Origin: Mobula hypostoma
Taxonomy: Eukaryota
DNA length: 64,000 nt
Reading direction: 5' to 3'
Assembly (NCBI RefSeq): GCF_963921235.1
Contig: NC_086120.1
Coordinates: forward strand, 8,556,001-8,620,000
Part shown: positions 49,787 to 59,379 of the stretch, one piece after another
Layout of the letters: every line of letters starts with the position of its first letter
Numbering within the stretch: the stretch's first letter is position 1
The notes under the pieces: model-generated
What the model was told of the DNA's origin: nothing
The model's input: only the letters and a program-made list of their open reading frames with translations
The model's database searches: none
Translations under genes and position numbers: made by a program

Positions 49787-50647
49787 CCATGAACAGATGC
49801 TAATCACCCATGGTCTTCAGACTTCCTTCTGCACTATTTATTCAGACAAACATTGATCTGTACATTACTACACCCACAAAGTGAAGCAGGGGAATTAATC
49901 ACCATCCTTGTTCTGCTCCCTAATATTCCTACTACCTCCTTAAATTCTGGCTGTTTACAGTATTCTGCTTCACATTCACAGTGTAATATGTGACATTCAT
50001 ATGGAATGGAACCAGGCCCTTCAGCCCAAACTGTCAATAGTAACCATCAAGCCTGTATTTAGTCGAACTATGCACTAATCCCATTCCATTTCCTTAACTT
50101 AACATTCTATTCAAGTTCCCTTAGATTGTACCAGTGCCGACAAATAAATGGGGCAATTTACAGCAGCAGTTAATCTACCAGCCTACACTTCTTTAACATG
50201 TGGAAGGAAACTGCAGCATACAAAGGAATACAGCAGGGATATAGAACTGGTGGAAGTAAATTGCTTTCGTTTAAGTTGACACTATTTTGGGCACATGGGG
50301 AAGAGGCCTATTACTTTCAGGAACAGTTTGATATTCTGCTCTACAAATGAAGACTTATTCTTGTTCCTGATCCTCTGCCTGCACAATGAATTCATTTGCC
50401 TGGCCAAGCCTCTGTACCTAGAGGAATATGTCCCCAAACAGTACTCTGAATATAATACAGTTAGAGGGCAAGTTGTCTTCAGGGGTTTCCTGACCCATTT
50501 ACCTGCTTCTCTGTCTGTCTGGTGATATCCTAGTCTCCCCACTGCATGCAATAACTTTAGTTACAGGATGACAATCGTCATCTGGGTGTCCATTCCTATA
50601 GAACTGAGATTTTCCCTCAGAGAGTGACGTAGTTAATTCAGAAACAA

Positions 50648-52874
50648 AGGTTCTGAACTTAAAGAGGGGTAACTTTGAAGGTATGAGACATGAATTAGCT
50701 AAGATAGACTGGCAAATGACACTTCAAGGATTGACGGTGGATATGCAATGGCAGGCATTTAAAGGTTGCATGGATGAACTACAACAATTGTTCATCCCAG
50801 TTTGGCAAAAGAATAAATCAAGGAAGGTAGTGCACCCGTGGCTGACAAGAGAAATTAGGGATAGTATCAATTCCAAAGAAGTAGCATACAAATTAGCCAG
50901 AGAAAGTGGCTCACCTGAGGACTGGGAGAAATTCAGAGTTCAGCAGAGGAGGACAAAGGGCTTAATTAGGAAGGGGAAAAAAGATTATGAGAGAAAACTG
51001 GCAGAGAACATAAAAACGGACTGTAAAAGCTTTTATAGATATGTAAAAAGGAAAAGACTGATAAAGACAAATGTAGGTCCCCTGCAAACAGAAACAGGTG
51101 AATTGATTATGGGGAGCAAGGACATGGCAGACCAATTGAATAATTACTTTGGTTCTGTCTTCACTAAGGAGGACATAAATAATCTTCCAGAAATAGTAAG
51201 GGACAGAGGGTCCAGTGAGATGGAGGAACTGAGCGAAATACATGTTAGTAGGGAAGTGGTGTTAGGTAAATTGAAGGGATTGAAGGCAGATAAATCCCCA
51301 GGGCCAGATGGTCTGCATCCCAGAGTGCTTAAGGAAGTGGCCCAAGAAATAGTGGATGCATTAGTGATAATTTTTCAAAACTCGTTAGATTCTGGACTAG
51401 TTCCTGAGGATTGGAGGGTGGCTAATGTAACCCCACTTTTTAAAAAAGGAGGGAGAGAGAAACCGGGGAATTATAGGCCGGTTAGCCTAACGTCGGTGGT
51501 GGGGAAACTGCTGGAGTCAGTTATCAAGGATGTGATAACAGCACATTTGGAAAGCGGTGAAATGATCGGACAAAGTCAGCATGGATTTGTGAAAGGAAAA
51601 TCATGTCTGACGAATCTCATAGAATTTTTTGAGGATGTAACTAGTAGAGTGGATAGGGGAGAACCAGTGGATGTGGTATATTTGGATTTTCAAAAGGCTT
51701 TTGACAAGGTCCCACACAGGAGATTAGTGTGCAAACTTAAAGCACATGGTATTGGGGGTAAGGTATTGGTGTGGGTGGAGAATTGGTTAGCAGACAGGAA
51801 GCAAAGAGTGGGAATAAACGGGACCTTTTCAGAATGGCAGGCGGTGACTAGTGGGGTACCGCAAGGCTCAGTGCTGGGACCCCAGTTGTTTACAATATAT
51901 ATTAATGACTTGGATGAGGGAATTAAATGCAGCATCTCCAAGTTTGCGGATGACACGAAGCTGGGTGGCAGTGTTAGCAGTGAGGAGGATGCTAAGAGGA
52001 TGCAGGGTGACTTGGATAGGTTGGGTGAGTGGGCAAACTCATGGCAGATGCAATTTAATGTGGATAAATGTGAAGTTATCCACTTTGGTGGCAAAAATAG
52101 GAAAACAGATTATTATCTGAATGGTGGCCGATTAGGAAAAGGGGAGGTGCAACGAGACCTGGGTGTCATTATACACCAGTCATTGAAAGTGGGCATGCAG
52201 GTACAGCAGGCGGTGAAAAAGGCGAACGGTATGCTGGCATTTATAGCGAGAGGATTCGAGTACAGGAGCAGGGAGGTACTACTGCAGTTGTACAAGGCCT
52301 TGGTGAGACCACACCTGGAGTATTGTGTGCAGTTTTGGTCCCCTAATCTGAGGAAAGACATCCTTGCCATAGAGGGAGTACAAAGAAGGTTCACCAGATT
52401 GATTCCTGGGATGGCAGGTCTTTCATATGAAGAAAGACTGGATGAACTGGGCTTGTACTCGTTGGAATTTAGAAGATTGAGGGGGGATCTGATTGAAACG
52501 TATAAGATCCTAAAGGGATTGGACAGGCTAGATGCGGGAAGATTGTTCCCGATGTTGGGGAGGTCTAGAACGAGGGGTCACAGTTTGAGGATAGAGGGGA
52601 AGCCTTTTAGGACCGAGGTTAGGAAAAACTTCTTCACACAGAGAGTGGTGAATCTGTGGAATTCTCTGCCACAGCAAACTGTTGAGGCCAGTTCATTAGC
52701 TATGTTTAAAAGGAAGTTAGATATGGCCCTTGTGGCTACAGGGGTCACGGGGTATGGAGGGAAGGCTGGGTTCTGAGTTGGATGATCAGCCATGATCATA
52801 ATAAATGGCGGTGCAGGCTCGAAGGGCCGAATGGCCTACTCCTGCACCTATTTTCTATGTTTCTATGTTTCTAT
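50648..52874 (+). mobile_element. Young 5'-truncated CR1 LINE
   Basis: Open ORF2 fragment plus 3' UTR ending in (CTATGTTT)n; the APE domain and ORF1 are absent. Confidence 0.97.
50683..52776 (+). CDS. CR1 ORF2 fragment, reverse transcriptase (697 aa, uninterrupted)
   Basis: KSPGPDG, NYRPVSLTS, QHGF, DFQKAFDKV, GVPQGSVLGP, FADD and the CR1 C-terminal LEYCVQFW...RGH..K...NLWNSLP motifs. Confidence 0.92.
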   Translation: MRHELAKIDWQMTLQGLTVDMQWQAFKGCMDELQQLFIPVWQKNKSRKVVHPWLTREIRDSINSKEVAYKLARESGSPEDWEKFRVQQRRTKGLIRKGKKDYERKLAENIKTDCKSFYRYVKRKRLIKTNVGPLQTETGELIMGSKDMADQLNNYFGSVFTKEDINNLPEIVRDRGSSEMEELSEIHVSREVVLGKLKGLKADKSPGPDGLHPRVLKEVAQEIVDALVIIFQNSLDSGLVPEDWRVANVTPLFKKGGREKPGNYRPVSLTSVVGKLLESVIKDVITAHLESGEMIGQSQHGFVKGKSCLTNLIEFFEDVTSRVDRGEPVDVVYLDFQKAFDKVPHRRLVCKLKAHGIGGKVLVWVENWLADRKQRVGINGTFSEWQAVTSGVPQGSVLGPQLFTIYINDLDEGIKCSISKFADDTKLGGSVSSEEDAKRMQGDLDRLGEWANSWQMQFNVDKCEVIHFGGKNRKTDYYLNGGRLGKGEVQRDLGVIIHQSLKVGMQVQQAVKKANGMLAFIARGFEYRSREVLLQLYKALVRPHLEYCVQFWSPNLRKDILAIEGVQRRFTRLIPGMAGLSYEERLDELGLYSLEFRRLRGDLIETYKILKGLDRLDAGRLFPMLGRSRTRGHSLRIEGKPFRTEVRKNFFTQRVVNLWNSLPQQTVEASSLAMFKRKLDMALVATGVTGYGGKAGF

Positions 52875-53221
52875 TATTTGAGGACATATTGCCTTTTTTA
52901 CTCAACAGACTTATTTATTTACTTGGGTATTCAAAGAAGATCAATGCATGTATAAACTCACTGGGACATTACCTCCTGTTCTGCATTTCCTACTACAGCA
53001 TTGCTCCAGATCCTGGTACTATGGTCAATCTCAGATATTTCACATTCTTGCTTATGTTTATATTTACTACCCATCCAATGGTACCCAGAGGAGGTTTTGG
53101 TGAAGGCCTCTTATAAGTGGCTGTATCAATGAGTTGGGTTGGCAGGCCACTGCAGAGGGCATAGTGTGGCACTGGAGATGGATGCAGTCACTTCAGATGA
53201 TACTGTAAAGGTTGTTTTCAC

Positions 53222-54200
53222 CAAAATAAACTTTATTCATAATAAAAAAAAATGTTTAGAAGAGTAAACCGTGTAATACCTTTTCATTCTGAGGAAATCC
53301 ATTAAGTATTTTTCAACTTATGTGGTCCCCTTGGATCCTATACTTGCCGCAAAAATTGAGGATTTTCCTCGTTAAACCAGCCCCCTCCTGAACCCTACAC
53401 TGTGGCCCTTCCCCACCGATCCCCTGCGGTGACTGCACCAAGCTTCAATGCATCATCAGCACATACTCCTGCAGCCTGAAATGTGCGTATTTCGCCGAGT
53501 TGATAATCTTTCAGCCGCACCTGATAATCTGTCTCACGATGTGACGCCGGGAACGATCCGCAGATCAGACACTTTTCCGGCGCGCTGCTGCTCGGAATGA
53601 ACCGTGAAGCAGGCCCTAGCACTTTTCTTCATATCTTCTTCGCAACCCCGCAGTCCGCAAAGAGGCAAGTGACTGTCTCATCCCAAAAAGAGTCCTGTCA
53701 CGGGGAACGCACATCGACAGTGATGTTCCGGGCATACAATAGGGATCTGACTGTGAGAGCCCCTCACTCCGCTTGCCAAGCAAGGTCTTGGTGCCTAGTG
53801 GTGAGGTCTGGAGATGAGAGTTCTGCTGGATGATCTAACAAGCCTGCTCAGGGAACAACCCCGCTGTAAAACATCGAGTCCTTCTGCTGTAGTGTCTGTA
53901 GGACGTTCTGCGTTGACCACTGACTAGTGGGATTATGGTCAAAAGTGTTGATCCGGTAGAATTTTTTTTGCCACAAAGGACACGTCGTATGGCACCGTTT
54001 AGCTGATTGAGAAATTACGAGGTGACGGAGCCAGACTCATTTTTCACAAAACCGGGAACAGAAAGAACCTCGACAAGGATACTTGGTACCCACGTACTCA
54101 GGTGCCACGCACATTCTGAGGCAACCACGCATAAAGATGCTGTCCAACGTGAGGACGGCATTTCGTACTTTTAAACTAATTCAAAGGAAGACACTGCAGT
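53222..54200 (-). mobile_element. L1/Tx1-clade LINE 3' remnant
   Basis: Minus strand: ...ALTVRSLLYARNIT...DETVSHLFADCGVAKKI... (zf-RVT-like), ending RLQEYVL..ALKLGAVTAGDRWGRATV* at 53395; 3' UTR with AATAAA near 53235. Frameshifted. Confidence 0.75.
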
Positions 54201-54859
54201 CCGAAACATCAGTCTAATGTCGTGTTTAACTTTAAGCCAGCAGCGCATCTATTAGGTGTACCTTGTTGACCTATGCAGTTCACGCATCTATACATATATC
54301 TCGTAATTATTTATTTAAACAAATAAGAACACTCAGTTAAACTATGTATGTACTGAAATAAGTAAAATATTACGCAAATAATACTGAATATTAACTACAC
54401 AAAGGTGTGATTTTGCTTTGATTCTCCAAGGACTGTGCATTGTGAACCGTCTTCCTGGCTCCATCTTGGATTTCCAGAAGCTCCCGGAAGATGGCCCGGG
54501 TGTTTTCCAAACTAGAGAAACAAGGGATGGGCCACACCCTGCGCCAGCAGCAGCAACCCTGAGAGGGTGCCAGGGAGGGATTGAACGCCATATTGAATGA
54601 CTGATGTGGGATCCGGTATTCTGCACCTTCTACCCTGTTGTAACTGGAAGCGGGAGAGGCATCTCTGTTCCGAGAGATGGAATCAAGGAAATGAAGGGAG
54701 AGTATGGGAAATGTCAGACAATGAACGACCTGCTCATCTGCACGTTGTCTTGAACAGATATGTCAGTTACTGATGGTATCATCGCCTCAATCCGGTGGCG
54801 TGTGACGGTGAATGGGAGGGCTTCCAATCCTTCCTCTGGTTGGTCAGTGGGAGTCGCAC

Positions 54860-54900
54860 TGATTTGCATGGATTTCCTCCTGGAACGAATGGCCTTATAA
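54860..54900 (+). promoter_or_regulatory. Immunoglobulin light-chain promoter: decamer/octamer plus TATA
   Basis: TGATTTGCAT at 54860-54869 (octamer ATTTGCAT, in light-chain orientation) and TTATAA at 54895-54900, about 85 nt upstream of the leader ATG. Confidence 0.9.
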
Positions 54901-54982
54901 CTGGGGTCCATTGGCAGCGGCGGCCACAGTCCATCACAGATCCACCGGCAGAACGGAAGCAAGAAGCTGAGGGGCAAGAACA

Positions 54983-55028
54983 ATGCGGACGCTGTGTTTT
55001 TTCTGGTCTCTATCAGTGTGGCTGGGCT
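54983..55028 (+). CDS. Ig light chain exon 1 (leader L1, MRTLCFFWSLSVWLG + 1 nt)
   Basis: 46-nt phase-1 hydrophobic leader exon with donor T|GTAAGT at 55029, followed by a 103-nt intron ending tttcacAG at 55131. Confidence 0.9.
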
Positions 55029-55131
55029 GTAAGTAGAGGCAGCAAGTCTGCACCGCCTGTGTTTGCTGGGGTGGGTTTTGGAGTCGCGTTGAAGAGTCAA
55101 TCCTTAAAGTTGAATTCCTGTTCTTTCACAG

Positions 55132-55488
55132 GTGGGGAGTCCCAGACTCTGACTCAGCCTCCAACCGTGTCGGTGAATCCAGGAGCCACGGCCACGCTGA
55201 ATTGTAACATCGGAACAAAGGATAGCTATGGTGTTGGCTGGTACAAGCAGACACCGGGAACAGTTCCACAGTTGGTCGTATATCGCTATTATTCCTCGAG
55301 TAGCCCAAGCTACGGCCCTGGGTTTAGCAGCGACCGTTTCACGTCGACAGTCAACAGCGCCGGCACCGAGTACCCGTTGAGCATAAAGAACACGGAGAAG
55401 AGTGACGCCGCCGTCTATTACTGCGGAAAGTGGTTTTCATCCACCAATACTGTCGGATTCGGCCGAGGGACCAAGCTCTTTATTGCAG
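55132..55488 (+). CDS. Ig light chain exon 2: L2 + germline-joined V-J (sigma/sigma-cart, type I/NS5-like)
   Basis: CGES|QTLTQPP...LNC...VGWYKQTPG...YRYYSSSSPSYGPGFSSDRF (long CDR2)...DAAVYYC-GKWFSSTNTVG-FGRGTKLFIA. V and J are in frame with no RSS heptamer/nonamer between them. The isotype is assigned from the long CDR2 and recalled family features. Confidence 0.95.
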
Positions 55489-56505
55489 GCAAGTGACGGG
55501 AATAAAATAATGAATAGCTTAAGTACGGTCACTGGCATTTAATAATTGTAACGTTATTATTATTACCTGCGAATTTTACAGTGAAAATGTTGATTTACAA
55601 TCCGTGCCCAGTGTCAGTTTTACTCGATAGAGTTGCGTTCGGTGAATCGTTTCCGTCTTTTAATGAAGCATTTCTCTTTTCGGTTGTCTTTTCGGACAAA
55701 CTCTCCTTCAGCACCCATCCATTGAAAGACGCTCTCCCACTGCCCAGTCCTTGCCTCCTCTCCTGCCACGTGTTCCCCTCTGTGCTCCTGTTTTTTTTTT
55801 CAGGGGCGCTGTTCAATGATCCAGGCCACTACACCAACTATGACCAGAGCTCCCATTCTGCGGAGAATCCAACCTCCCCATCACCAGAGAGATTGGGAGC
55901 AAAATCCCTTGACATCATCCCAGATCACAGAGCGACCTACCCTACCTCGTTCAATGTAGCTCGGGACCGTGCATTTGGTGTTCTCGCCCATTTGGGGGAA
56001 GACAGATTGTGGCTTGTGTTTAATCTCTCGACAGCAGCGGGGCCATTTCTGATGGTGGGTAGGGCCGAGGGTGGAGGAGGAACTTGAAATACAGCGCTCA
56101 GCAATTATCAGTGGCCTCTCCTATCTTGTGTCAAGAACTGAGAATGGACTCAACTAAATAAACACGGCCCTACTGCCCACTGCCATACTGGACTGAGACA
56201 CCTCTATCGAGAATGATAAAGGGGCTGATGGCACAGAGAGTGGGCACTGCCCTGGGGCATTTTGATGCCAGTGTGTCTCTCAACTCCGTGAATGACTCAG
56301 AACTCAGCATCCTCACCGGTTGGAATAGATTTGTAGTTGGCAAACATGAAGTGTCCTTCTCCGCATCTCTAACTCCCCCTGATGCCTGTCCCTCCGTGAG
56401 ATACTTGGCCAAAGTCTATGAAGCTGGGATGTTTAACTTGAGCTTACGTTAAAGTGTGAAATCTTCTGTTATTTTGAAACACGTCTTGTCTTGTTCATTT
56501 TACAG

Positions 56506-56828
56506 ATCCGCAGCTCCCGGACCCTTCAGTGAAACTGCTTGGGCCGTCAGCCGAGGAGATCTCCGCTAAAGGATCGGGCACCTTAGTTTGCCTGGTCAGT
56601 AAATTGTCGATCGGCTTCCCTGTCGTCAGCTGGACAGTGAACGACAGTCCGACGAGCAGTGAGGTGCAAACCAGCGGGGTGACTCAGAACGCGGACAAAA
56701 CCTTCAGTCTCAGCAGCTACCTGACGGTGCCCGGCGCAGACTGGAGCAGTGGGAAGAGGTACTCCTGCTCAGTTCAACAAGGAGCAGCCTCGACAATATC
56801 CGCAACAGTCACACAATCCAGCTGTTAA
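56506..56828 (+). CDS. Ig light chain exon 3: constant (C1-set) domain
   Basis: Acceptor ttttacAG at 56504-56505. (G)AT-PQLPDPSVKLLGPSAEEI...GTLVCLVSKL...VSW...TFSLSSYLTV...W...YSCSV...QSSC*, with the terminal Cys for H-L bonding. The spliced CDS is 46+357+323 = 726 nt, giving 241 aa. Confidence 0.95.
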
Positions 56829-57116
56829 ACAGAGCGCGGCTTCGGCCTTGTTTGTTCCTGATTAACGGGAGATCATGTCCTTGTATCTTTCACCTCTACC
56901 ACTCTTACTCGCTCTTCACTGTACTTCCCTTCTGTTCCACTCTCTGTAGTTTCCACTGTGATGTTGGAATATTTGTACTCTGATTTGAGGCTGATTTTGT
57001 CATTTTTCCTACGGAGAAGCTACGCGGTGTTAAAGTGGATAGTTCCATGGATTTTGGAAATTTCAGGCGGTGAATGATTTTCTCTGGCACCGGGGTTTGG
57101 ATTAATTAGAATAATT

Positions 57117-57122
57117 AATAAA
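57117..57122 (+). terminator. Polyadenylation signal of the IgL transcript
   Basis: AATAAA 289 nt after the stop codon, followed by T/GT-rich sequence. Confidence 0.7.
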
Positions 57123-58393
57123 TGTTTTTGACATTCGCTCTCAGTTTCAAACTAACAGAAGGTAACGGTGACTAACTACCAATAAATATGATCAATGCAG
57201 GAATGATTTCCATGTGTGTGTTTTGTCATCTTTCGTGTTTGTTATATTCTGACACCGAGTAGGAGGATCTAAGTGAAAGGAGATTTGTTTCTCTGCTTAG
57301 GTTCGTGTCCTGGTTTCCTGAAGTTTCTCCTCAGCAGCTTTGAACACCGAATATTAGCAAAGAACGACGGCAGGTACCATTGAGAGAACTGTGGTGGGTT
57401 GACTGCGATGCCAACAGTTGGTTTTGTGGAGTTTAATGAAGGAAATGGACTTAACATGGCTGCAAATACTCAGGTTCTGGAGTATCTTTGGTAGAGAGAG
57501 GGATAAATTGTAGCTATGTTCTGGGCGAGTGCGGTTTCGGCAGTCATCACCGATAGTGACAAATTGGAAAATCTGGTTGTCTGAAATAACTGGATTGCAA
57601 GGGATGAAAATTGCCCAATCAGAAGTTTAAAAGCTGTAACTCAACTATCTTTTAGACGATGCCGTTGGGGTGAAAGAGTCCAGAAGCAGAATAGTTAAGC
57701 ATTTGTTTCACATTAATTCCTGATCCCCCTTCCCCTACTGTCTCAGCCGCACGCTCACCCTCTCTGTCTTCTCTTTGCAACCGAACACTCTTCCGATCAA
57801 TGCATCCTAGGCTGATACCTCAGCCTTTCTCCATTGGCAGCGCCATTACATTTATTTCCCGAACACTGCTCCTACTTTGATCCTTCACCTCCCTCCCCAC
57901 CAGCTCGCTTCAAATCTGTGAGCCCACCTCCACTCGCCTACTTCCGGTTACCTCGATGAAGGGCTAGTCAACACTTGGTGATTAAGGGCGGGGATTTCAA
58001 GTAATGACGACAGTCCTGCTGTTCATCATTCGAGAAGCAGAATATTTGGTGGCAGGGAGAGGAACATTATGTGGGTAAGAGAAAGAGAGATATAGAAAGA
58101 AGGAGTGAGAGATGGATAGAGAGAGGGAAACAGCTGATAGAGAAGGTGAGGTGAGGGAAAATGCCCAGGAGACAGAAAGGCAATAAGGAAAGCAGGTGAG
58201 AGGTGGGGTCAGAATTACTTATAGAGGAGAGGTAGAATGAGAACACGGCCATGCTGGTACAACTGGAATTGTTCCTTAATGTCCTGCCCCTCACTTCACA
58301 CAACCTTCCCCTCACTTCACACAACCTTCCCCTCCTTCCTCTTGCTGTTCTCTCCTCCCTTTTAATCTTCCAGTGTTACACCGCTCCCTGCTT

Positions 58394-58409
58394 TCTCTCT
58401 CTCTCTCTC

Positions 58410-58464
<55 letters not shown>
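58394..58464. repeat. Compound (TC)n(AC)n microsatellite
   Basis: (TC)8 then (AC)27 at 58411-58464. Confidence 1.
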
Positions 58465-58466
<2 letters not shown>

Positions 58467-58809
58467 AAATGGACTTTAGAAAGATCTGTGCAGTTTGCAT
58501 GTACATGGGATTTTGTAGGGATTGGGGACATCCCACAGCACAGGAACTGCAGCGCTGGGTTTCTAATAGAGAAAACACACTCACTAAAACCCCACACTGC
58601 ATTGAGCATGACCCACTTTTCCCATCAAACAGAGAAATCTCACACCGACCTGTTCCCAAGTTGCCCTTCGCTATTTGTGATATCTTTCTGCTTCCTCCAG
58701 AGGTAAAAGAATATTCAAGTAGTAATTTTATACTGAAAAAAGCCTTTAATCAAATATTACAGCATAAACTTCACTGTTCAATTGTTATTGGGTGATTTAG
58801 GGACAGACG

Positions 58810-59100
58810 CAATCTCAGAATACAAGACAGTCCATTTAGAACAGAGATGAAAAGGAATTTCTTTAGCCAGACGGGAGTGGATCTGTGGAACTCATTGCCA
58901 CAGACGGTGCTGGCGTCCAAGTCGTTACGACAATGACTCGGGAAATATGCTTTTTTAACAGCGGTTGCCAGTTTCTTACTTAGTAAAGGCGTTATAGGGA
59001 GAAGTCAGAAGAATGGGCTTGAGAGGAATAATAAATCAGCCATGATGGAGGTGACTCGATGAGCTGAATAGCCTGTTTCTGCTCCAATATCCTGTGGCCT
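58810..59100 (+). mobile_element. Old CR1 3' fragment
   Basis: RRNFFSQ..VDLWNSLPQT-like segment plus CR1 3' UTR. Confidence 0.7.
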
Positions 59101-59379
59101 TACGGTAGAATTTACCAAAACACATCATGAGGCCATTCAGCCCAATTCAGTTTCGAGCAAAGCAACCTGATTGGCGCTCTTTTTGTTTTCAAGCATTCCA
59201 TCAAGACGTAATATTATGAAGAAAATATATCAGTCAAGGGAATCATATCTCACCAAATGTAAGATGTTATGGTTGTTTGACATCAAATATACCAGTCCAA
59301 GGATATCACTGAGCAGTTCCTCATGCAACACATTCATCCTTCTTCTTCATCAATAACCTTCCTTCCACTGAAAGATCTC

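Noticed and set aside
50962-52799. Antisense and alternate-frame ORFs over the CR1 copies (also 24950-25588)
   Set aside because: These are shadows of the RT reading frame and recur identically in each CR1 copy.
24467-52874. Inverted CR1 pair as the ends of one large composite transposon or inversion
   Set aside because: The copies have different 5' truncation points and no shared flanking TSD, so independent insertions explain them.
54795-55131. N-terminal part of the 233-aa ORF 54795-55496 as coding sequence
   Set aside because: It runs through the promoter, 5' UTR and leader intron. The true start is the spliced leader ATG at 54983 in another frame.
55581-56087. 168-aa ORF in the J-C intron
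   Set aside because: No domain features; it crosses a T-run and old repeat-like sequence, so it is likely a chance ORF.
55425-56505. Recombination signal sequences or additional J segments
   Set aside because: I found no CACAGTG-spacer-ACAAAAACC arrangement at the V-J junction or in the J-C intron, and no second FGxG segment.
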